From positions 310,707-374,706 of the forward strand of contig NMRA01000118.1 in the NCBI GenBank assembly GCA_002633005.1: 64,000 bases of DNA. Direction: 5' to 3'. The notes under the pieces were generated by a model. It searched no databases. It was not told where the DNA came from and saw only the letters and a program-made list of their open reading frames with translations. Below, in pieces: positions 63,001 through 64,000 of this stretch. This DNA is from Phoronis australis (lineage: Eukaryota; Animalia; Phoronida). Position 1 is the stretch's first letter; every line of letters starts with the position of its first letter. Both the position numbers and the translations under genes were made by a program.

Positions 63001-63433
63001 AGATTCTTATTTAAAACGTTAGTTAATCTTATACCTTACAGATACAGTCCGTCAATGAAATGAAATTACCAATGCTCAATTAAAACGAAAAAAAATATCT
63101 AATAAAGTAGCCAAATTTTCACGATGTGATTAAGTGATTAAGCCAACAAAATACCTTAATGATACACACGTTCAATTTTATTCCTTTTCAGTTATTCATA
63201 CGTCGTATTAATTAATATGTCACATGCTTACTACCCAAACTGCCCACTGAAGATAATTCCACATTTTCTGAAGTCTTGTGAATTCGTCGTTAAACTCACC
63301 TTCTCTGGAGCAGTAACAGTCCTCACGATTACTTCGAAGTGGTCGGGATAATCCTCCAACACTTTCATCAGATTATTCAACTGAACTGTATCTTCTAGGC
63401 CGATAAAGGCGAACATCTTCCCTCTTGCAAAGT
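7832..63433 (-). CDS. Giant multi-exon gene (5' end outside window): single-pass polycystin-1/REJ-family GAIN-GPS cell-surface protein with two unrecognised N-terminal repeat arrays; 47 exons, about 4,617 aa in window
   Basis: 47 exons read by hand, all GT-AG, with compatible phases from 63433 to the stop at 7832-7834 (13,856 nt = 2 + 4,618 codons). REJ-type motif (FDGSVSIDPD...YLWSC), GPS (CHYW...WSTKGV...CESTHLSIF) and one TM helix. Family assignment is from motif recognition, not a database search. Confidence 0.88.
8380..8945. mobile_element. Degenerate copy of Helentron/HINE-like interspersed repeat
   Basis: Shares TACACCCACGAT, ATTTGCCAAATTT...AAAATCCGT...GAAGATACAGAGG and terminal CAATATGC...CGTGGCTGCATAA with the 42495-43950 element. 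Confidence 0.5.
9034..9550. mobile_element. MITE with terminal inverted repeats (PIF/Harbinger-like)
   Basis: TAAAAGCCTTTCATACTAAC ... GTCAGTATGAAAAAGCTTTTA inverted termini in TAA/TTA context; CpG-richer than the surrounding intron. Superfamily is inference. Confidence 0.6.
10603..10716 (-). CDS. Exon 46: Ser/Thr-rich juxtamembrane stalk
   Basis: cag/GT boundaries, phase 1-1, TTVATMTTSSDSSLSAGSTTVTVGHMTNQHASTTQKAS. Not in ORF track. Confidence 0.8.
12439..12675 (-). CDS. Exon 45: GAIN C-terminus with GPS motif (HL|S)
   Basis: GDDLVVQNLTVPIKINM...YTCHYWDDAGAAWSTKGV...MCESTHLSIFVVM; phase 1-1, canonical splice sites. Confidence 0.92.
15139..15299 (-). CDS. Exon 44: GAIN subdomain B region
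   Basis: YLNWACGGSSNCVGAVGKF...ASDLVEVTLANPST; phase 2-1. Confidence 0.85.
15929..16520 (-). CDS. Exon 43: tandem furin-type sites and GAIN helical subdomain
   Basis: GDFTTAMVNW...GSRRRRSVHSRHRRDV...; 592 nt, phase 1-2. Confidence 0.9.
17734..17863 (-). CDS. Exon 42: REJ region
   Basis: VCDKFAVCVTLVSSPVTV...PASI; phase 0-1. Confidence 0.85.
17976..18053. repeat. (TG)n/(CA)n microsatellite, interrupted
   Basis: Seen directly. Confidence 0.95.
18189..18365 (-). CDS. Exon 41: REJ region
   Basis: VTLETKNCFAPEDSLPISYKYGYVD...MTFYVE (REJ-like LPxxYxY); phase 0-0. Frame differs from ORF track. Confidence 0.87.
19226..19374 (-). CDS. Exon 40: REJ region
   Basis: ASLSKGSTYKIDATVTS...GGVTSCVFQASNYTELEQ; phase 1-0. 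Confidence 0.87.
19757..19867 (-). CDS. Exon 39: REJ region
   Basis: GYGYVNLTDSSKLEPPG...ISIIRISA; phase 1-1. Confidence 0.83.
20845..20980 (-). CDS. Exon 38: REJ region
   Basis: VSLGSSAATGTVNVKPGQVVTLQIDI...IVWQSQQLD; phase 0-1. Not in ORF track. Confidence 0.85.
21450..21662 (-). CDS. Exon 37: REJ region
   Basis: FSNGGSC...YQMTLTVTKEKRSATTSVFVAVIAGQPPK; phase 0-0. Confidence 0.9.
21999..22114 (-). CDS. Exon 36: REJ signature
   Basis: GGFVRTVGRGSGEVDFDGSVSIDPDNEAIPMTYLWSCKR matches the REJ consensus GG...LDGSxSxDPD...YxWxC; phase 1-0. Not in ORF track. Confidence 0.92.
22721..22837 (-). CDS. Exon 35: REJ region
   Basis: AGKTIDFHVDVTIPSQPG...STPLVPLVA; phase 1-1. Confidence 0.87.
23001..23149 (-). 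CDS. Exon 34: REJ region
   Basis: FGMMASVELSSCATVAQLNYQWSSS...KNDLP; phase 2-1. Confidence 0.87.
23795..23999 (-). CDS. Exon 33: REJ region
   Basis: LLDQGATYTIRLSVSNFL...KPRVQID; phase 1-2. Confidence 0.88.
24542..24811 (-). CDS. Exon 32: start of REJ/PKD-like Ig domain
   Basis: PKAVIAGPPFISYCDNLYLSGRRSSGGGGRQLNYYWSV; phase 1-1. Confidence 0.9.
25345..25512 (-). CDS. Exon 31: Ig-like domain preceding REJ
   Basis: GSFLRAKFDS...CSEIFDNSIILGEGAEC...IYLGREPTVAV; phase 1-1. Not in ORF track. Confidence 0.85.
25986..26198 (-). CDS. Exon 30: IPT/TIG-like domain 2, C-terminal part
   Basis: TNTRLTCTV...ERPNLVSITFSNT; phase 1-1. Confidence 0.85.
26605..27150. mobile_element. Helentron/HINE-like repeat copy (5' part) with ~140-bp subrepeats
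   Basis: Starts ACAAGAGCAACGCAGAG...ATGCACCCACG; contains TGCCAAATTT and CACTAGGGGGCAC motifs shared with 42495-43950. Confidence 0.55.
27209..27334 (-). CDS. Exon 29: IPT/TIG-like domain 2, N-terminal part
   Basis: VVAVSSINPSQV...INITLTGQQLPTAGCVIT; phase 1-1. Confidence 0.85.
27861..28089 (-). CDS. Exon 28: IPT/TIG-like domain 1
   Basis: VFVLEGAGF...CIF...NQTHLRC...YVVSA; phase 0-1. Confidence 0.87.
28531..28887. mobile_element. MITE with ~18-bp TIR in TTAA-like context (Kolobok-like)
   Basis: AGGTTACGCATACCCCTA (28531-28548) / TAGGGGTATGCGTAGCCT (28871-28888), one mismatch; left flank TTAA, right TTGA. Superfamily is inference. Confidence 0.7.
28914..29016 (-). CDS. Exon 27: last Cys-rich repeat
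   Basis: GDKQYDACNVCGGDGSSCVAVKMVEPRSV; phase 2-0. Confidence 0.9.
29814..29973 (-). CDS. Exon 26: Cys-rich repeats
   Basis: CHRCAGGATG...DGCGVCFGDNSTCADCEGVPYG; phase 1-2. Confidence 0.9.
30444..30614 (-). CDS. Exon 25: Cys-rich repeats
   Basis: GGNTG...DCAGVCNGSFVVDSCGYC...MDCAKTC; phase 1-1. Confidence 0.9.
31246..31482 (-). CDS. Exon 24: Cys-rich repeats
   Basis: DCWGDCGGTAIINKCDECVGGNTG...DCNGDCNG; phase 1-1. Confidence 0.9.
   Translation of the reverse strand, partial: TLVLIREETKCSTAGVTAEVRPSSTNATSVLEETQVVQRTLALTSAASVRALNFTLNHGIVMATATVTPPGTCVPTDA
32433..32648 (-). CDS. Exon 23: Cys-rich repeats
   Basis: DCNGDCFGTAKMDDCGICTKGKT...DCMGVCRG...CGVCVGGT; phase 1-1. Confidence 0.9.
34987..35166. 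repeat. Imperfect inverted repeat (MITE-like) with a CTCF-like motif in each arm
   Basis: TTCACTAGATGGCGCTAAT (~35000-35018) and ATTAGTGCCACCTAGTGAA (~35135-35153) are reverse complements with few mismatches. Confidence 0.55.
35283..35306 (-). CDS. Exon 22: candidate 24-nt microexon (GSATVDFA)
   Basis: ttttcag acceptor and GTATGT donor, phase 1-1, open frame. Not required for frame, so less certain. Confidence 0.6.
35553..41369 (-). CDS. Exon 21: 5,817-nt exon encoding about 10 copies of a ~195-aa Trp-rich module
   Basis: Matches the 1941-aa ORF; tttgcag acceptor at 41370, GTGAG donor at 35552; phase 1-1. Repeated WxCKxGxFxKG...WW...W..FFxxHKL...WxxC motif. Confidence 0.93.
42133..42275 (-). 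CDS. Exon 20 (cassette exon B5)
   Basis: SAMEWVKATIPLLKWPFV...QGALGIYYSTDMVVK; phase 2-1, needed to bridge exon 19 to the giant exon. Confidence 0.8.
42495..43950. mobile_element. Helentron/HINE-like non-autonomous element with ~145-bp subrepeats in a ~430-bp higher-order trimer
   Basis: 5' AACAAGAGCAATGCAGAG; nine CCACTAG-type motifs at 129-159-bp spacing; GACGGACAG motif and terminal hairpin GCGACCAC...GTGGGTGC then ATAATAAAA. Family call is inference from architecture. Confidence 0.65.
44056..44267 (-). CDS. Exon 19 (cassette exon A5)
   Basis: LVPKVGNATLNTSDVV...APSWSKLVF...WEAA; phase 0-2. Confidence 0.82.
44740..44901 (-). CDS. Exon 18 (cassette exon D4, two Cys)
   Basis: PSKLLLMIISGKNPCD...EVCKVNV...RPLINM; 162 nt, phase 0-0. 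Confidence 0.85.
46227..46339 (-). CDS. Exon 17 (cassette exon C4)
   Basis: DLTKAFNLTDRYELDKVV...FGEE; phase 1-0; aligns with C2 (DL-x10-ELxKxV). Confidence 0.75.
46892..47028 (-). CDS. Exon 16 (cassette exon B4)
   Basis: GMKFLKQSPMLL...MTEGLTFLTRLPHHLP; 137 nt, phase 2-1. Confidence 0.85.
47306..47463. repeat. Perfect 53-bp tandem repeat x3 spanning an exon-intron junction
   Basis: TAATCACACAACATCAACAAATACAGTACATTACCCATCAAACAGCATCTGAC at 47306, 47359 and 47412. Confidence 0.95.
47446..47663 (-). CDS. Exon 15 (cassette exon A4)
   Basis: FSPENPKVFDLQKFV...GQMPIPGFANPSRWGAVFARF; 218 nt, phase 0-2. Confidence 0.87.
47970..48285 (-). mobile_element. Decayed LINE reverse-transcriptase fragment
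   Basis: Minus-strand remnants EVVSSYKYL-GVVF and FDVMVYPTFCHGAEIW resemble the non-LTR RT YKYLG and LFxxxVxPxLxYGxExW motifs; frames broken. Confidence 0.6.
49165..49329 (-). CDS. Exon 14 (cassette exon D3, two Cys)
   Basis: IESATREFVGDVPVCNM...RFICYDFN...APLIQM; 165 nt, phase 0-0 (AAG acceptor). Confidence 0.83.
50206..50324 (-). CDS. Exon 13 (cassette exon C3)
   Basis: TIASLSMFNHTVELKRVMKTLDNVPDWFEEIANMVMNPST; 119 nt, phase 1-0. Not in ORF track. Confidence 0.87.
50707..50905. repeat. 15-bp minisatellite (TTTTGAGCGATGGCA)n, about 13 degenerate copies
   Basis: Seen directly; intronic. Confidence 0.9.
50942..51078 (-). CDS. Exon 12 (cassette exon B3)
   Basis: IAETVKDFVPLVQIVLSDLGPE...HHGIIFMNQMLDMAP; 137 nt, phase 2-1. 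Confidence 0.85.
51278..51495 (-). CDS. Exon 11 (cassette exon A3)
   Basis: MSFDYSTAPFNASRM...LPMWMNPAPWMASFGRI; 218 nt, phase 0-2. Confidence 0.87.
52492..52653 (-). CDS. Exon 10 (cassette exon D2, two Cys)
   Basis: LTPVILQVFAGVDICTVPQLQNATLVHFFCKEVSYQTLLIEVAQHEMTGPLVKL; 162 nt, phase 0-0; clearly paralogous to D1; different frame from ORF 52532-52846. Confidence 0.88.
53039..53157 (-). CDS. Exon 9 (cassette exon C2)
   Basis: DLINQLKFDGTVELKKIVQKMDTLPSMLEDLLYRLDSADK; 119 nt, phase 1-0. Confidence 0.87.
53763..53908 (-). CDS. Exon 8 (cassette exon B2)
   Basis: PMHYLNTAMSYLPQLEQLL...DDGVKFGIGVNRFMQ; phase 2-1. Confidence 0.85.
54310..55175. mobile_element. Helentron/HINE-like repeat copy with ~145-bp subrepeats
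   Basis: Repeated TGCCAAATTTCAC...GAAGATACAG...CCACAAGGGGGCAC; ends CAATATGCACCCAC...GTGGGCACATAATAA like 42495-43950. Confidence 0.6.
55257..55471 (-). CDS. Exon 7 (cassette exon A2)
   Basis: FSSEFYDYFDAKAFG...GKIPMPRFMNGTVWGTVFGRV; phase 0-2. Confidence 0.87.
56132..56296 (-). CDS. Exon 6 (cassette exon D1, two Cys)
   Basis: VAPLLMQLASGADMCSIPQVLNMSMGNFFCKQVD...TPLTLM; 165 nt, phase 0-0. Confidence 0.88.
56474..56592 (-). CDS. Exon 5 (cassette exon C1)
   Basis: EFPKETMFAGTSEMKKFASLLNHAPEIVEEFIYMATDFQQ; 119 nt, phase 1-0. Not in ORF track. Confidence 0.87.
57092..57228 (-). CDS. Exon 4 (cassette exon B1)
   Basis: FEDYIKIISPTVQLVLGEV...LEQGLVFLKRLMVMVE; 137 nt, phase 2-1. Confidence 0.87.
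57458..57687 (-). CDS. Exon 3 (cassette exon A1)
   Basis: FSDSNLEHFDVDSMAHNIQGTV...VNDKVWGEVFHRLG; phase 0-2. Confidence 0.87.
62753..62959 (-). CDS. Exon 2 (cassette exon D0, two Cys)
   Basis: VIPMYLKLKDDPMAACLD...IICKTNWEELFAEM...LLKI; 207 nt, phase 0-0. Confidence 0.83.
63300..63433 (-). CDS. Exon 1 in window (cassette exon C0); gene continues beyond the window
   Basis: FARGKMFAFIGLEDTVQLNNLMKVLEDYPDHFEVIVRTVTAPEK aligns with C3 (TVEL..VMK.L...PD.FE); phase 1-0; no signal peptide. Confidence 0.8.
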
Positions 63434-64000
63434 CTGAAACGGTTCCAAAACATTTGTAACGCTCGGGTTATACGAAACGCGAGAGGATCTACATGTATAT
63501 AACAAAAGTCATAATGTAAACTGGGTCGATGTTGTGGAATACATGGAAATTCTAAGCCTAACATTTATCTTATAAGTGTTAATATATTTTAGGTCTCCCT
63601 ACAATCTCTGCCAATGTCAGCAATGGTTAGATCTGTCAGAGTATTACTGTCGGTGATTGAAGCCTGCAACGCAATCGGAACAGCTATGGTTTTGTGGTAG
63701 ATGATCTATCCGACTGCAAAAAAAACTTATCTATTATTTTATCTTAGTTTCCATTTGGTCCTAAATACTAAGTAAAATCCTGGATACGATTTATCCTCCT
63801 CGCTCCCAAAATGCTGTGCATTAGTCAATGCCTTTAAATTACCCTTGCACTACTGCCGACACAATGTCCATGCTCCCAAAGGTGAAAAATTTGACACCTT
63901 GATGAAAGGATTGTTGCCACAGTGAACAACTTAGGAGAAGCTGAATTTACTGGCAACCAGACGCACTGTCTCAAATGATACGTGTTAACCACTCGCACGT

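Noticed and set aside
63843-63940. Possible further upstream exon (LLLSCSLWQQSFHQGVKFFTFGSMDIVSAVVQG)
   Set aside because: QGVKF resembles B exons, but it ends in phase 2 while the best acceptor of the next exon needs phase 1. It would require a weak AAG acceptor. Unresolved without upstream sequence or RNA.

Overview
This is eukaryotic DNA, not prokaryotic: AT-rich spliceosomal introns and animal-type LINEs and MITEs suggest an invertebrate metazoan. The ORF track is therefore mostly exon fragments and noise. One giant minus-strand gene occupies about 6.55-64 kb, and its 5' end lies beyond the window. Reading GT-AG boundaries by hand gave 47 phase-compatible exons (13,856 coding nt, about 4,617 aa, stop at 7832-7834). 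From N to C the protein has: (i) at least 5 copies of a ~210-aa Met-rich helical module, each encoded by a 4-exon cassette; (ii) one 5,817-nt exon encoding about 10 copies of a ~195-aa Trp-rich module; (iii) DCxGxCxG Cys-rich repeats; (iv) IPT/TIG-like and REJ (polycystin-1 family) Ig-like domains; (v) tandem furin sites; (vi) a GAIN/GPS motif (HL|S); (vii) a Ser/Thr stalk, a single TM helix and a short tail ending -DNV. I do not recognise the two N-terminal repeat arrays as any named family, and they are the best candidates for novelty. Introns and flanks carry a 5'-truncated L1/Tx1-like LINE, several MITEs, a Helentron/HINE-like element with a higher-order repeat rich in CTCF-like motifs, a triplicated splice donor, and micro/minisatellites. 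All calls are by eye; no database searches were run.
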